Positions 38,953 through 49,621 of a stretch of DNA of 64,000 nt are shown in pieces (position 1 is the first letter of the stretch; each line of letters opens with the position of its first letter). The stretch is taken from contig PBWR01000023.1 of assembly GCA_002727315.1 (NCBI GenBank), forward strand, positions 100,722-164,721, given 5' to 3'. The translations under genes were made by a program, and so were the position numbers. The DNA comes from Alphaproteobacteria bacterium (GTDB lineage: Bacteria > Pseudomonadota > Alphaproteobacteria > UBA6615). Under the pieces are notes generated by a model that saw only the letters and a list, made by a program, of their open reading frames with translations, was not told the origin of the DNA and ran no database searches.

Positions 38953-39686
38953 CCCGATACAAACTGGTCGTGGAATATGACGGCACCGACTATGTCGGCT
39001 GGCAGCGCCAGGACAATGGCCCCTCGATCCAGGCGGTCCTGGAGGACGCTGTTCGATCTTTTTGCGCCGAGGAGGTCGTGGTGCACGGCGCCGGGCGAAC
39101 GGATGCCGGTGTTCATGCGGCCGGCCAGGTGGCTCATGTGGATATCGCGAAACCGGTGAGCGGCGAGACGGTGCGCGACGCGATGAACCATTTCCTGCTC
39201 GACGTGTCGGTCTCGGTTCTGCAGGCCGAGGCGGTCGATGAGGATTTTCATGCGCGCTACGCGGCCGCGGCCCGGCATTACTGCTACCGTATTCTCAATC
39301 GCCGGTCGCAGCCCGCGCTCGATGCGGGGCGCGTATGGTGGGTGCGGGTGGCCCTGGATGCCGACGCGATGGCCGACGCGGCGCAGGAGCTTCTCGGGCA
39401 TCATGATTTCACCTCGTTTCGCGCGACCCTGTGCCAGGCCAAGTCGCCGGTGAAAACCCTCGACCGGCTGGATGTCACGCGCCAAGACGAAGAGGTGATC
39501 ATCGAGGCATCGGCGCCGTCGTTCTTGCATCATCAGGTGCGCAACATTGTTGGCACCCTGAAGCTGGTGGGCGAGGGCAAGTGGAACCGCGCCGATGTTC
39601 GCGATGCGCTTGCCGCGCGCGACCGCGCAGCCGGTGGTCCGACGGCCCCGGCCGAGGGGCTCTGCCTCGTCCGGGTGGAGTACTGA
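38949..39686 (+). CDS. truA: tRNA pseudouridine(38-40) synthase
   Basis: [21 protein letters not shown].., catalytic Asp in [16 protein letters not shown] overlap with fmt. Confidence 0.9.
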   Translation: MTRYKLVVEYDGTDYVGWQRQDNGPSIQAVLEDAVRSFCAEEVVVHGAGRTDAGVHAAGQVAHVDIAKPVSGETVRDAMNHFLLDVSVSVLQAEAVDEDFHARYAAAARHYCYRILNRRSQPALDAGRVWWVRVALDADAMADAAQELLGHHDFTSFRATLCQAKSPVKTLDRLDVTRQDEEVIIEASAPSFLHHQVRNIVGTLKLVGEGKWNRADVRDALAARDRAAGGPTAPAEGLCLVRVEY

Positions 39687-39687
39687 G

Positions 39688-40367
39688 GTGGCCCCGTCCA
39701 CCGAATCCGAACGGCCCTCCCGTCTGATCCTGCTGATTCTGATCGCAGCCGGCGGTGCCTCGCTGCTGTCGACGGACTTGTACGCGCCGTCGCTGCCGCA
39801 TCTGCTCGGCTGTTTCGGGACCGATGCCGAGACGGTGCAGCTGACCATGGCCCTTAACATGGTCGCATTTGCCGTCGCGCAACTGATTTGGGGTCCGCTC
39901 AGCGACCGATACGGGCGTCGGCGGGCGTTCCTGATCGGGATGTCGGTCTTCGCGGTGTCCGCCGTGGCCGCCGCGGTGTCCCAGTCGATCGGCCAGTTGC
40001 TGGCCGCGCGAATCCTTATGGGGCGGCGGCGAGCGTCGAGGCGGTGATCGTGCTGGCGGTGGCGACAGGGGACACGCCGGTCAACCTGACCGCCGTGATG
40101 AGTGTCTTCGCATTTGCGCTGGGGCCGATATTTGCATCCGCGCCGGTGATTGCATTCGGGCGGGTGAGCGATCAGCGGCGCCGGATGAGCGCGGCCATGC
40201 TGTCGACCTTCGAGATGATCGGCGGCGCATCGGGCGCCTTGTTCGTCAGTCTTGCACCGGACGGAAGCGCCTGACCGCTGGCGATCTGTGTGGCCGGTGC
40301 GTCGGTGCTGATCCTGTTTGCCGGATTGAGCGCGCTGCGGGCCGACAAGCCGTCGGCGCGTGATTGA
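39688..40367 (+). pseudogene. degraded Bcr/CflA-type MFS transporter gene (N-terminal TM1-4 plus fragments only)
   Basis: LILLILIAAGGASLLSTDLYAPSLPHL..GPLSDRYGRRRAF.. then a stop at 40047. Remaining homology is in shifted frames. ~680 nt versus ~1.2 kb expected. Confidence 0.6.
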
Positions 40368-40372
40368 GCCCG

Positions 40373-40948
40373 TCAGGTCATTCCGTTGGTGACCCAGGAC
40401 AGCATGATCGCGATTCCGATCTCCAGCCCGACCACGAGAAGCGCGACCCGGCCGGATGTTTCCAACGCGACGCGGGCGACATACCAGGTATAGGCCCATG
40501 TCGCGAGCAGCGCGGCGAAGAAGATCGCAGCACCCCAGCCGGCAGAGCCGATCCCGGCTGCCGCGAAGATCGCGACGGCCGGAAGAATGATCACCATGCG
40601 CACGACGCTCGACCAATTATGGGCGACGACGAACAGAACAAATTGTTCGCGGCGCAGGCCGGCTTCGCTGAGCCCGGCCATGACCAGCGGAAACAGCACC
40701 CACTGGATGATGTAGATCAGCAGATAGACGGAGATGACCCGCCCGGGCCCGGAACCCGCAAACGTCTCGGGGTTGGCGCTGGCAAACAACAGGGTGGCAA
40801 TGGCATCGCCGGGCAGCACGATCGCGGCGGCCCAGAACGAGTTCACGAACCCCGCGCGCGTGGCGCGGAAATGTTGCAGGCCTGTCCGGTCGAAATGCAG
40901 CAGCCGCCAGGCGCCGAACAATCCCTGTGCGGCTTCCAAAAGGGTCAT
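40373..40948 (-). CDS. hypothetical integral membrane protein (approx. 5-6 TM)
   Basis: 191 aa, strongly hydrophobic. No family recognised. Confidence 0.5.
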   Translation of the reverse strand: MTLLEAAQGLFGAWRLLHFDRTGLQHFRATRAGFVNSFWAAAIVLPGDAIATLLFASANPETFAGSGPGRVISVYLLIYIIQWVLFPLVMAGLSEAGLRREQFVLFVVAHNWSSVVRMVIILPAVAIFAAAGIGSAGWGAAIFFAALLATWAYTWYVARVALETSGRVALLVVGLEIGIAIMLSWVTNGMT

Positions 40949-40976
40949 GTTGCGCGCAGCTGCGCCCCCCTGGCTG

Positions 40977-42164
40977 TTATGTGCTTAGCTCGAAATAGGT
41001 CTCGAGCACCGTCAGGTAAACTTCTGTGAGCGTTTCTATATCAGCGCAACTCACATTCTCGTCGACCTTGTGCATGGTCTGTCCGACCAGCCCGAACTCG
41101 GCCACTGGACAGTAATCCTTGATGAACCGCGCGTCCGACGTGCCTCCGGTGGTGCTCAGCTCGGGGACCCGGCCGGTGATCTTTTCGACGGCACCGGCAA
41201 TGGCATCGCTTAACGGTCCGGGCGGGGTGAGGAAGGATTCGCCCGTGACCCGGAAGGACAGGGTGTAGTCGCCGCCGCCGCTGGCGGCGTCCAGCATCTC
41301 GTGCAGGCGTGTCTTCAGACTTTCCGAGGTGTGCAGATCGCAGAACCGGATGTTGAAGGTCGCGCGCGCCTCGGCCGGAATGACGTTCTCGGCTGGGTTC
41401 CCCACATCGACCGTGGTGACCTGAACGGTGGAGGGCTGAAAATGCTCGCTGCCGGCATCCAGCGGCTCCGCGGTAAGGGCGTCGAGCAGCCGCACAATCC
41501 TGTGGGCCGGATTGTCGGCAAGATGAGGATAGGCCGTGTGCCCCTGGATCCCGCGCACCGTCAGGTATCCCATCATGCTGCCGCGGCGTCCGATCTTGAT
41601 CATGTCGCCCATGGTGTCGGGGTTGGTGGGCTCTCCCACCAGGCACGCATCCAGGGTTTCGTTGCGCGCGGCGAGCCAGTCCAGAACCTTGCGGGTGCCG
41701 TTGATCGCCGGGCCTTCCTCGTCGCCGGTGATCAGCAGGCTGATGGAGCCGGGCGTGGCCCAGTCATCGGGTGCGCCATGGCGCGCGACCAGCCGGTCGA
41801 CCGCCGCCGTGAACGCGGCAATCGCGCTCTTCATGTCCGCGGCACCCCGCCCGTGCAGCGCGCCGTCGCGGACCTCTCCGGAAAACGGATCCCCCGTCCA
41901 GTCGTCCGGATTGCCGACCGGAACCACATCGGTGTGTCCGGCGAAACAGAAATTCTTCCCGCCACCGCCAATGCGGGCATACAGGTTCTCGATGTCCGGG
42001 GTGTCGGCATCCTCGAACCGCAGCCGGTGGCTGCTGAATCCGATCGCATCCAGCGCGTCACACAGCACACCGATCGCGCCGGCGTCGTCAGGTGTCACGC
42101 TGGGGCAGCGAATCAGCGCCTGGGAAAGCGCGATCGGGTCGTTGCTGGCTTGCCGAGCGGTCAT
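40977..42164 (-). CDS. dapE: succinyl-diaminopimelate desuccinylase
   Basis: M20 motifs [25 protein letters not shown]. Start at MTARQ (tool ORF extends to 42227 and would overlap dapD). Confidence 0.85.
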   Translation of the reverse strand: MTARQASNDPIALSQALIRCPSVTPDDAGAIGVLCDALDAIGFSSHRLRFEDADTPDIENLYARIGGGGKNFCFAGHTDVVPVGNPDDWTGDPFSGEVRDGALHGRGAADMKSAIAAFTAAVDRLVARHGAPDDWATPGSISLLITGDEEGPAINGTRKVLDWLAARNETLDACLVGEPTNPDTMGDMIKIGRRGSMMGYLTVRGIQGHTAYPHLADNPAHRIVRLLDALTAEPLDAGSEHFQPSTVQVTTVDVGNPAENVIPAEARATFNIRFCDLHTSESLKTRLHEMLDAASGGGDYTLSFRVTGESFLTPPGPLSDAIAGAVEKITGRVPELSTTGGTSDARFIKDYCPVAEFGLVGQTMHKVDENVSCADIETLTEVYLTVLETYFELST

Positions 42165-42177
42165 GACATGAGCGGGA

Positions 42178-43023
42178 TCAGTCGCGCAGCAATTCGTTGA
42201 TCGAGGTCTTCGACCGGGTCTGGGCATCGACCCGTTTCACGATCACGGCGCAATACAGGCTCGGCCCCGGACTGCCGTCGGGCAATGCCTTGCCGGGCAG
42301 GCTGCCCGGGACGACGACGGAGTAGGCGGGCACGCGCCCGACGGTCACATCGCCGGTCTCCCGGTCGACGATCTTGGTCGAGGCGCCCAGATACACGCCC
42401 ATCGACAAGACGGCGCCTTCCTCGACGATCACACCTTCGGCGACTTCGGAACGCGCGCCGATGAAGCAATCGTCCTCGATGATCACCGGGTTCGCTTGCA
42501 ACGGCTCCAGGACCCCACCGATGCCGGCACCGCCGGACAGGTGAACATTCTCGCCGATCTGGGCGCAGCTGCCGACCGTCGCCCAGGTGTCGACCATGGT
42601 GCCGCTGCCGACATAGGCGCCGAGGTTCACGAAGCTCGGCATCAGGACGGCACCGGATGCGATGAAGGCCGAGTGGCGGACGACTGCATTGGGAACGGCC
42701 CGGAAACCGGCGGCTTCGAATTCCTTCGCGCCCCAGCCGGCGAACTTCGACGGCACCTTGTCCCACCAGGTGGTGCCGTCACCCGGGCCGCCCGAAATCG
42801 GTTCCATGTCTTTCAATCGGAACGACAGCAGGACGGCCTTCTTGAGCCATTGGTTGACCTGCCAGGCGCCGTCGACCTTTTCGGCCACGCGCGCGGTGCC
42901 GTTGTCGAGTTGCGCGAGTGCTTCCTCGACGGCATCGCGGTCAGCGCCGGTCGTCGCCGGTGTGAGTGATTCGCGGTTGTCCCAGGCGGTTTCGACCGCC
43001 GATTGAAGGTCACTCGTGCTCAT
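42178..43023 (-). CDS. dapD: 2,3,4,5-tetrahydropyridine-2,6-dicarboxylate N-succinyltransferase
   Basis: 281 aa, hexapeptide-repeat left-handed beta-helix. Confidence 0.9.
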   Translation of the reverse strand: MSTSDLQSAVETAWDNRESLTPATTGADRDAVEEALAQLDNGTARVAEKVDGAWQVNQWLKKAVLLSFRLKDMEPISGGPGDGTTWWDKVPSKFAGWGAKEFEAAGFRAVPNAVVRHSAFIASGAVLMPSFVNLGAYVGSGTMVDTWATVGSCAQIGENVHLSGGAGIGGVLEPLQANPVIIEDDCFIGARSEVAEGVIVEEGAVLSMGVYLGASTKIVDRETGDVTVGRVPAYSVVVPGSLPGKALPDGSPGPSLYCAVIVKRVDAQTRSKTSINELLRD

Positions 43024-43111
43024 GATTTTTCCCTGTGAATGCGCTGGTTTGCGGAGCGGCGCGAAGATGGGGGCGGGTGGCCCCTCATGTCAACGCCGGA
43101 TGGTATGCCCG

Positions 43112-43798
43112 TCAGGCCTGTTTGACGACATTTTCCAGCCAGGCCAGGAGATCATCGGTCTCGTGGTGGACATAGTCGGCTTCACCATCGGGCGTTGCCC
43201 AGTAGGGATTCGGCTCGGAATCATGACGCACCCAAAGGGTTGTCATGCCCATCTCGGCGGCGGGTGCGAGGTTGGGCGCGATGTCCTCGACCATCACGGA
43301 ATGGACCGGGTCGACACCGTGTTCCGTCGCCAGGATGGCGTAGGACGGCGGATGGGGCTTGGGGATGTAATCCGCGGCCGCAACATCGAAGATGCCGGCG
43401 AATGCGTCGCGGACGCCCAGCCTGTCGAGGACCGATTCCGCATGGGCGACCGAGGCATTCGTGTACACGATCTTGCGGCCGGGTAGATTGGACAGAACCG
43501 TTGCCAATCGCGGGCTGCGGTCCACCCGCGTGTAGTCGACGGTGTGTACGAAAGCCATGAACTCGTCCGGGTCGACCTCATGGTCGTTCATCAGGCCGCG
43601 CAGCGTCGTGCCATGTTCGCGGAACATGCGTTTTTGCTCGACCAGGGCGGTGTCGGAAGCAACGCCAAGCGTCTCTGCAACGAACAGTGTCATGCGCGAG
43701 GACACCTCCGCCATGAGACCCGAAGAGGCCGGATAAAGCGTGTTGTCTAGGTCGAAAATCCAGGTTTCCGTCTCATTAAGTTCTGTTATCGGCTTCAT
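43112..43798 (-). CDS. pyrimidine 5'-nucleotidase (HAD superfamily)
   Basis: WIFDLDNTLY HAD motif I. Start at MKPITELNE. Tool ORF extends to 43969. Confidence 0.75.
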   Translation of the reverse strand: MKPITELNETETWIFDLDNTLYPASSGLMAEVSSRMTLFVAETLGVASDTALVEQKRMFREHGTTLRGLMNDHEVDPDEFMAFVHTVDYTRVDRSPRLATVLSNLPGRKIVYTNASVAHAESVLDRLGVRDAFAGIFDVAAADYIPKPHPPSYAILATEHGVDPVHSVMVEDIAPNLAPAAEMGMTTLWVRHDSEPNPYWATPDGEADYVHHETDDLLAWLENVVKQA

Positions 43799-44146
43799 CT
43801 CGTCCAAAAACCCCGGATTCTCGCTGTTTTTTGTCTGGGCGGCGACCCCCGGCACTAAGACTTCGTTAACCGCAGTTGCCTTACGATCACACCGCATTGA
43901 AACACGCCCGCGCCCGTTGTTGCGCTTGCGTTGAGGGCCAAACGAACCGGAGGCGAGGGATTGAGTCAATCCCCGGCAAAACTGTTTCTGTCTGACGGTG
44001 AGCGTCAGGATGTCGACAGTCTTCGCGCCGAGCGCGATCGCTTTGTCGCGCTCGCCTTCTGCAATGCCGATCTCCTGTTCGAGCTGGATTCGGCCGGCGA
44101 GGTGACCTTCGCCGTGGGCGCGACGAACGCGTTCACCGGATAGCGG

Positions 44147-45055
44147 CTAGGAGGCCCAGATCGCGGTTCCGAGGCCGTGTTCGGTGAAGATTTCGATCAA
44201 CAGCGAATGGGCCGCGCGTCCGTCCATGATGACGGAGGCCTCCACATCCTTCTCTACGGCTTCGATGCAGGTCTCGACCTTCGGGATCATGCCGCCATGG
44301 ATGGTGCCGTCCTGGATCAGTGAGCGGGCCTGCTCCACACCCATATCGGCGATCAAACTGCCGTCCTTGTCCATGACGCCCGTGACATCCGTCAGCATCA
44401 ACAGGCGTTTTGCCTCGAGCGCGGACGCGATCGCGCCGGCCGCCGTATCGGCGTTGACGTTGTAGGTCGCCCCGTCGTCGCCGAACCCGATTGGTGCGAT
44501 CACGGGAATGATGTCCGAGCTGGTCAGGCTGACCAGAAGCTCGGGGTCGACACGGGCCGGTTCGCCGACGAAACCGAGATCGAGGATCTTCTCGATGTTG
44601 GAATCGGTTTCGCGTTGGGTGCGCCGCAGCTTGCGAACGGACATCAGGCCGCCATCTTTGCCCGACAGCCCAACGGCCCGGCCGCCGGCGGCGTTGATCG
44701 CAGAGACGATCTGTTTGTTGATCGATCCGGAGAGCACCATCTCGACAATCTCGACGGTCTCGGCGTCGGTGACACGCAAGCCGTCGACGAACTCGCTCTT
44801 GATCTTGAGCCGTTCGAGCATGGCCCCGATCTGGGGGCCGCCGCCGTGCACGATCACCGGCTCGATGCCGACCTGTTTCAGCAACACGATGTCGCGTGCG
44901 AATGCGTGCGCGAGTTCCGTGTCGCCCATGGCATGACCGCCATACTTGATGACAAACCGCATGCCGTTGAACTGCCGCATATAGGGCAGGGCCTCGGCCA
45001 GGATGCCGGCCTTGGCGAGCAATTCTTCGGGCGGCGGCGCGTTGTCTTGGGCCAT
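44147..45055 (-). CDS. argB: acetylglutamate kinase
   Basis: 302 aa, [10 protein letters not shown].., amino-acid kinase fold. Confidence 0.9.
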   Translation of the reverse strand: MAQDNAPPPEELLAKAGILAEALPYMRQFNGMRFVIKYGGHAMGDTELAHAFARDIVLLKQVGIEPVIVHGGGPQIGAMLERLKIKSEFVDGLRVTDAETVEIVEMVLSGSINKQIVSAINAAGGRAVGLSGKDGGLMSVRKLRRTQRETDSNIEKILDLGFVGEPARVDPELLVSLTSSDIIPVIAPIGFGDDGATYNVNADTAAGAIASALEAKRLLMLTDVTGVMDKDGSLIADMGVEQARSLIQDGTIHGGMIPKVETCIEAVEKDVEASVIMDGRAAHSLLIEIFTEHGLGTAIWAS

Positions 45056-45109
45056 TGTGTTGTCCGGTTGTTCTTGTGCGGCGTAAAACCGGCGGGAACT
45101 TAGCCCAAT

Positions 45110-45760
45110 TCAGGCTGAATTCGCCAGCGCCGCTAGATCGGTGCGCAGTTCGGCAATGCCCGTGCCGTTTCGCGCGCTGGTCAGGATGGGCTCGGGAAGC
45201 GCGGCGGGATGGTCCTTCAGCGCTTTCTCCACATTCTTGATCAGTGTCTCGAGTTCGCCGGCCTTGGGCTTGTCGGTTTTGGTCAGGACGACGCGGTAGA
45301 CCACGGCCGAGGTGTCGAGAAGTTCCATCATTTCCCGGTCTCCGGCCTTGATCCCGTGCCGGGAATCGATCAGCAGGCACAAACGCTGGAGATTGGGGCG
45401 GCCACGCAGATAGTCGCGCAGGGTTGTGTTCCAGCGCGCGATCTCACTCTTCGAGGCGCGGGCATAGCCATATCCGGGTAGGTCGACCAGCATCAGGCGG
45501 CCGGCGAGATCGAAGAAATTCAGCTCCCGGGTGCGCCCGGGCGTGTTGCTGGTCCGGGCCAGACTCTTGCGGTTCGTCAACGCATTGAGGAGGCTCGATT
45601 TACCCACATTCGAGCGGCCAGCGAATGCAATCTCCGGCAATTCGGGCTCGGGAAGGTCGGGCAGCTGCGCGGCACCACGCACGAAGGTGCACTCCTGCGC
45701 GAAGAGGCGGCGCGCCGCTTCGGCCTGCTCGTCGGCCGATGCGTTCGTCGCGGGTGTCAT
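45110..45760 (-). CDS. engB: ribosome biogenesis GTP-binding protein YihA/EngB
   Basis: GRSNVGKSSLLNAL G1 motif, DLPGYG G3 motif. Confidence 0.85.
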   Translation of the reverse strand: MTPATNASADEQAEAARRLFAQECTFVRGAAQLPDLPEPELPEIAFAGRSNVGKSSLLNALTNRKSLARTSNTPGRTRELNFFDLAGRLMLVDLPGYGYARASKSEIARWNTTLRDYLRGRPNLQRLCLLIDSRHGIKAGDREMMELLDTSAVVYRVVLTKTDKPKAGELETLIKNVEKALKDHPAALPEPILTSARNGTGIAELRTDLAALANSA

Positions 45761-45764
45761 GGCG

Positions 45765-47513
45765 TCAGGTCTTCGTTTTTCCCCCGCCTACGGCTACGCC
45801 CATGCGCCGCATGATCACGTATTGCTGGGTGATCGAGAGCAGGTTGTTCCAGGTCCAGTAGATGACGAGACCGACGGGGAACCGGGCCAAGAAGATCGTG
45901 AAAATCACCGGCATCAGCATGAAGATCTTCGCCTGGACCGGGTCGGCCGGTGCCGGGTTTAGCTTCATCTGCAGATACATGGTGATGCCCATCAGGATGG
46001 GCCAGATGCCCAGCGCCAGACCGAAGGGCGGATCCCAGGGAATGGCACCGAAGAGGGTGACGATGTTCATCGGGTCGGGAGCCGAAAGATCCTTGACCCA
46101 TCCGAAGAACGGCGCGTGGCGCATTTCGATCGAGATGAACAGGACCTTGTATAGCGCGAAGAAGACGGGAATCTGCAACGCGATCGGCAGGCAGCCCGAG
46201 ACCGGATTGACTTTCTCGCGCCGGTACATCGCCATGAGTTCGCGCTGCATGCCCTGCTTGTCGTCGGCGTATTTCTCGCGCAGCTCCTGCATCTTCGGCT
46301 GCAGGGCCTTCATGGCACTCATGGACCGGTACGACTTGTTCGCCAGCGGGAAGAAGGCCAGCTTGATGATCACCGTCACCAGCAGGATCGAGAGGCCGAA
46401 ATTGCCGAGGAATTCGGCGAAGAAGATGATGACCCTGAGCAGGGGTTCGGTGAGGAAGAAGAACCAGCCGAAGTCGATGGCCAGTTCGAACCGGTCGATC
46501 GACAGGTTCTCGCTATAGGCCGTCAGGGTATCGAACACCTTGGCGCCGGCGAAGAACCGGCTGGTCGATTCAGCGATCTCGCCCGGTGCCAGGGCGCTCG
46601 CCGCACCTCGGAAATCCGACTGGTAGAGGTCGGCGCCCGAGCGCGTCGTGTCGTAGAGAAAGCGCGCATCGACGGCGGTGTCATGGCCGGGTATCAGGGC
46701 CGTGAGCCAGTAGATGTCGGTGAAGCCGAGCCAGCCGCCGGTGGTCTCGAAATTCTGCGGCCGCTCCGGTTCGTCCTCGAGATCGTCATAATCGATCTCG
46801 TGCAGATCGTCCCCGAGGATCCCGATCGGGCCTTCATGCAGGATAAAGAACCCGAGCGTATCGGGGGTGTTCACCCGCGTGATCCGCCCGAACGGGCTGA
46901 CATTAACCGGCTGGCCGGTCGCGTTCTGGACCCGGTCCGTCACGGTGAACATGAACTGATCATCCACCGCGATGGTCCGCGTAAGGACCAGGCCATCTTC
47001 GGTGCGCGCCGTGAGCACGACCGGTGACGTGGGTGTCAGTTCGTTCTTGTCGGCCGTCCATTGCGTCTGGCCGCCACCCGACACGGTCCCGTTTCCGGTC
47101 AGCCAGCCGAACTCCGCGAAATAGGGGTTGGTCGAGCCGCGCGGCGACAGCAAGGTGATCAGCGGGCTGTCGGGCTCGATCGTCGCCCGGTAGTCGCGCA
47201 GGATCAGGTCGTCGAAACGCCCGCCGACAAGATTGATCGAACCGGTCAGCGCCGGTGTTGCGATGGTCACCCTGGCGGATTCGCCGATGACATCTTCCCG
47301 GTCGCGGGGCTGATCGGATTCCGTGTTCGGCTCCTGCACCCCGGACGGGAGGGCGGGAACGCCGATCGTGTCGGGGTCGCGCTGGGACGCCAGCTCCTGG
47401 CGCTCACGTTCCGCCTGCAGTTCGGCCTGACGCGGTTGCTCGACGAAGGTCTGCCAGCCGAGAAGGATGGCGAGCGATGCGGCGATCGCAAGAATAAGGT
47501 TTTTCGTGTCCAT
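45765..47513 (-). CDS. yidC: membrane protein insertase YidC
   Basis: 582 aa, N-terminal TM, large periplasmic domain, 60-kDa inner-membrane C-terminus. Confidence 0.9.
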   Translation of the reverse strand: MDTKNLILAIAASLAILLGWQTFVEQPRQAELQAERERQELASQRDPDTIGVPALPSGVQEPNTESDQPRDREDVIGESARVTIATPALTGSINLVGGRFDDLILRDYRATIEPDSPLITLLSPRGSTNPYFAEFGWLTGNGTVSGGGQTQWTADKNELTPTSPVVLTARTEDGLVLTRTIAVDDQFMFTVTDRVQNATGQPVNVSPFGRITRVNTPDTLGFFILHEGPIGILGDDLHEIDYDDLEDEPERPQNFETTGGWLGFTDIYWLTALIPGHDTAVDARFLYDTTRSGADLYQSDFRGAASALAPGEIAESTSRFFAGAKVFDTLTAYSENLSIDRFELAIDFGWFFFLTEPLLRVIIFFAEFLGNFGLSILLVTVIIKLAFFPLANKSYRSMSAMKALQPKMQELREKYADDKQGMQRELMAMYRREKVNPVSGCLPIALQIPVFFALYKVLFISIEMRHAPFFGWVKDLSAPDPMNIVTLFGAIPWDPPFGLALGIWPILMGITMYLQMKLNPAPADPVQAKIFMLMPVIFTIFLARFPVGLVIYWTWNNLLSITQQYVIMRRMGVAVGGGKTKT

Positions 47514-47519
47514 CGGCCG

Positions 47520-47822
47520 TCAGCTCCGCGGCGTCGGCACGGCATTGCCATGCTCGGTGTGATCGTGATCGCCGCAACCATGTGTGTGGGAACTGAGAAC
47601 CGGATCGTAGCCGCCGCCGCCCCACGGATTGCAGCTGAGAAATCTTCGAAAGCCCATCCATCCTCCCCGGATCGGGCCGTGAACGCTCAGGGCCTGTGCG
47701 GTGTATCTCGAACAGCTCGGCTCGTATCGGCAGTTTGCGCCGAGCACGGGTGCGAGGAACCACTGCCAGATCAGGATCAGGCCTTTCAGGACCATGACCA
47801 GAAGGCTCGAGAGGATATTCAT
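47520..47822 (-). CDS. yidD: membrane protein insertion efficiency factor YidD
   Basis: CRYEPSCSRY motif. Confidence 0.85.
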   Translation of the reverse strand: MNILSSLLVMVLKGLILIWQWFLAPVLGANCRYEPSCSRYTAQALSVHGPIRGGWMGFRRFLSCNPWGGGGYDPVLSSHTHGCGDHDHTEHGNAVPTPRS

Positions 47823-48247
47823 GTTCCCGGCTCCGCGCGCGTCTCGGTCAGTGCGTCGCAGCGTTTCAGGGCCGTGACCAGGTCGCAGACGAGCGCATCG
47901 AATTTGCGGTTCGCCGTCGTAGCCCGGGCGATGACCACATAATCGAGACCGGTTCGTGCTTGCGCCGGCACAACGTCTCGCACGGCGGCGCGCAGACGCC
48001 GCCGTGCACGGTTGCGCGTGACCGCGTCACCGATTTTTCGTGTGGCCGTAAATCCCACACGGATTTCAGCGGTGGGCACGTTTGCATCGTCGGGAACGGG
48101 CGCGGCCTGAAGCACGAGGCCTGGTGCAGCCCACCGCCGCTTCTCTGCCGCGACACGAAGGAAGTCCCTTCGCTTCGGCAGGCGCGCGATGGACGGGATA
48201 TCGCGATGCACCGTCTCCGGCGTTGTTGCCTCCGCCGTCATCGTCAT
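47819..48247 (-). CDS. rnpA: ribonuclease P protein component
   Basis: LPKRRDFLRV... RnpA signature. Start at the internal Met (48247) to avoid overlap with rpmH. Confidence 0.8.
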   Translation of the reverse strand: MTMTAEATTPETVHRDIPSIARLPKRRDFLRVAAEKRRWAAPGLVLQAAPVPDDANVPTAEIRVGFTATRKIGDAVTRNRARRRLRAAVRDVVPAQARTGLDYVVIARATTANRKFDALVCDLVTALKRCDALTETRAEPGT

Positions 48248-48302
48248 GGGTCTATCAATCCCGGTGATGGTACCCGCGCGGACAAAACGCGCGTAGCACT
48301 GT

Positions 48303-48437
48303 TCAGGCACTCAGCTTCTTGCGGCCTCGCGCACGCCGTCGAGCCAGGACGCGCCGTCCACCGACGGTCTTCATCCGGGAACGAAATCCGTGGCGGCGCT
48401 TGCGCACCAGGTTGCTTGGTTGAAATGTCCGCTTCAC
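48303..48437 (-). CDS. rpmH: 50S ribosomal protein L34
   Basis: Read manually: [44 protein letters not shown], 44 aa, GTG start. Below the ORF-track size cut-off. Confidence 0.85.
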   Translation of the reverse strand: MKRTFQPSNLVRKRRHGFRSRMKTVGGRRVLARRRARGRKKLSA

Positions 48438-48614
48438 GCGAATTCTCCATTGCCTTGAAGGCCTTGCAAGTCGGTGCGCTGTATACGTTTTCGGCCGATG
48501 GAAGTCAACGCGGGGTCTAGGCGTTCACCCGACGTCAACTCTCACGCATTGGTGAATGGTTGAGCCTGTCACCGCGCGCCAAGTAGTTTTGCAACCGAGA
48601 AGGACAACATCACG

Positions 48615-49379
48615 ATGAACGATCCCAAGACAACGGCACCCGGCAAACCCTTGTTCCAGGCGGTCCTGATCCACCGGATTGTGCCGATTGCGGTGCTTTT
48701 GGCCGGATCTGTGGCTTTTTTTGCCCTTGAGCTCGATGTCTATGTGTCGCTCGAGGCGCTGAAGGAAAACCGCGACACCCTGCGTACCTTCGTATCCGAC
48801 AACAGGCTCGTCGCGGTCCTGGCGTTTGCAGCAATCTATGCGATTATCATTGCGTGCTCGCTGCCCGGCGGCGCGATCATGACCATTACGGGCGGTTTTT
48901 TGTTCGGCGCCGTCGGCGGTGGACTGGTTGTCGTGGTTGGCGCCACGGTGGGTGCGACGGCGCTCTTCCTCATCACCCGGGCCGCCCTGGATGATGTCTT
49001 GCAGGCCAAGGCGTGGCCCTTCGTCTCCAAGTTGGAGGACGGCTTCCGCAAGAACGCCCTGAGCTATCTGATTGTGCTTCGGCTGATCCCGCTTTTCCCC
49101 TTCTGGCTGGTCAATCTCGTGTCGGCGTTGCTCGGTGTCTCGACGGCGACCTATGTTATCGGCACCTTCATCGGAATCATCCCGGGAACCTTCGTCTACG
49201 CTTCGGTCGGTAACGGGCTGGGCGCGCTGATCGATACTGGCCACGACCCGGACCTGGGAATCATCTTCCGGCCGGAAATTTTCGGCCCGCTTGTTGGCCT
49301 TGCGGTTCTGGCAATGCTGCCTGTGATCTACAAGAAGATACAGGAAAAGAAGAAGCGGTCTCTGTCTCCGACGTCCTGA
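48615..49379 (+). CDS. TVP38/TMEM64 (DedA-type, SNARE-associated) family membrane protein
   Basis: 254 aa, multi-TM, motif LPGGAIMTITGGFLFG. Confidence 0.75.
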   Translation: MNDPKTTAPGKPLFQAVLIHRIVPIAVLLAGSVAFFALELDVYVSLEALKENRDTLRTFVSDNRLVAVLAFAAIYAIIIACSLPGGAIMTITGGFLFGAVGGGLVVVVGATVGATALFLITRAALDDVLQAKAWPFVSKLEDGFRKNALSYLIVLRLIPLFPFWLVNLVSALLGVSTATYVIGTFIGIIPGTFVYASVGNGLGALIDTGHDPDLGIIFRPEIFGPLVGLAVLAMLPVIYKKIQEKKKRSLSPTS

Positions 49380-49621
49380 TCGCCAACGCGACCGCTTATA
49401 TCAACCACCCGCGCTGTGCGCAGTTGCGCAACGACAACCTGACTGTGTCGAGCATCTACGACTGGTTCCAGGAGAATTCCGGCGGCACCGAAACCCGGGT
49501 GCTGGCGCATCTGCGCGAATTCGCCCGTCTGGAGCTGGCCCGCGACCTAAAGCTCGTCTTCGAGATCAAGGCGTTCGAGTACGACTGGTCACTCAACCAT
49601 GCCGGCGCGCGCTAGCGTCCG

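Noticed and set aside
48438-48614. Possible chromosomal origin (oriC) beside the rpmH-rnpA-yidC cluster
   Set aside because: dnaA is not adjacent (a DedA-family gene is), and no DnaA boxes or AT-rich unwinding element were seen in the spacer.
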